Made by a program: the position numbers and the translations under genes. The notes beneath the pieces were generated by a model that worked only from the letters and a program-made list of their open reading frames with translations, ran no database searches and was not told where the DNA came from. From Fistulifera solaris (taxonomy: Eukaryota): a stretch of 64,000 nucleotides of DNA. Within the stretch, counting starts at the first letter, position 1, and every line of letters starts with the position of its first letter. The DNA lies in NCBI GenBank assembly GCA_030295235.1, contig AP026150.1, positions 372,001 through 436,000 on the forward strand, written 5' to 3'. Below, piece by piece: positions 63,250 through 64,000 of the stretch.

Positions 63250-64000
63250 ATGGATCAATGCCAAGAGCCTTACTTATCACCAAAGCCGTGCACCACGATG
63301 GAAATGGAATCCGTAGTAACCCCTGGTGAACAGGAGCCGTGTTTCTCTCCCAATCTTGTCTCCGAATTGCAAGCACAAGGTATCCTCCGCCTGAGAAAGG
63401 GACAGGTCGTGGAATCGATCTCGTGCTTTCATAAAAGTTTGAAATTGTTATCAAGAAATGAAAAGGATCAATTTGTTGACAGTCGGCTGACCTCAATAAT
63501 GCCGATTGTGGAAAACTCCGAAAGCAACGTTGAAATGAATTTTTTTCAAGAGAGATTTCTTTTCACGGTGGACTTGTCTCAAGAAAAGAGTTCGCTGTCT
63601 CGAAACGACGACATACTTGTTCAATTTCGACGGGCGTTGTATTTGCCACCCGATTCGGAGTTTATTCTTCGAGAAAACGAACTGTTTCATCACATCATGT
63701 CGGGAGTTCTCATGTACAATATCGGACTTGCCCTTCACATTGAAGGTCTCGAATCATGTCGATCCGAATTGCTACCGAATGCTCTCCATTTCTACGCTAT
63801 GTCCCATCACACTTTCACCGAACTATGTCGAGGATACGTGCATGTGGCCGATCGTCTCAACTTGGCTCTGTTGGCCATTGTGAACAACATCGCTCATATC
63901 AATGCGCACCAACGGAACATCAACGATGCACTCATTTTCTGCAATGAACTCTCCTTACGATTTTCCTGCATGCTCAGCGCTATCGAGCGAGGCGCTCCGG
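63250..64000 (+). CDS. Helical (TPR-like) hypothetical protein of a diatom-type family; runs off window end
   Basis: Open frame from ATG 63250 to window end (absent from ORF track because it has no stop); LMYNIGLALH...AL.FY...LAIVNNIAHI motif. Confidence 0.7.
   Translation, partial: MDQCQEPYLSPKPCTTMEMESVVTPGEQEPCFSPNLVSELQAQGILRLRKGQVVESISCFHKSLKLLSRNEKDQFVDSRLTSIMPIVENSESNVEMNFFQERFLFTVDLSQEKSSLSRNDDILVQFRRALYLPPDSEFILRENELFHHIMSGVLMYNIGLALHIEGLESCRSELLPNALHFYAMSHHTFTELCRGYVHVADRLNLALLAIVNNIAHINAHQRNINDALIFCNELSLRFSCMLSAIERGAP

Overview
Gene-dense eukaryotic DNA, most likely from a pennate diatom. This is inferred from short GT-AG introns, a bipartite signal-peptide + 'A-F' plastid presequence on lumazine synthase, and protein families typical of diatoms. 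About 30 protein genes are present, including APC10, ELP2, a PIG-X-like gene, PP2A B56, lumazine synthase, RuvB-like 1, a POT peptide transporter, NIPA and SLC35F-type transporters, a sterol-glucosyltransferase-like gene, FHA-RING, band 7/HIR and a tandem MORN-like/SAM-like pair. There is also a decayed restriction-like-endonuclease non-LTR retrotransposon end. Many conserved genes carry single-base indels in homopolymers, which points to long-read consensus errors. Highlights: (1) two tandem genes each encoding two fused bacterial-type ATP-grasp amino-acid-ligase domains (four modules), with gene-specific residues shared by both domains, next to transporter, oxidase, hydrolase and peptide-transporter genes, a possible small-peptide biosynthetic locus; (2) a ~33.5-bp tandem array with a palindromic core in a divergent promoter; (3) a dispersed intergenic GACTG-N5-CAGTC dyad, often paired ~200 bp apart; (4) PP2A B56 with apparent alternative first exons. 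All calls are from reading the sequence; no database searches were run.
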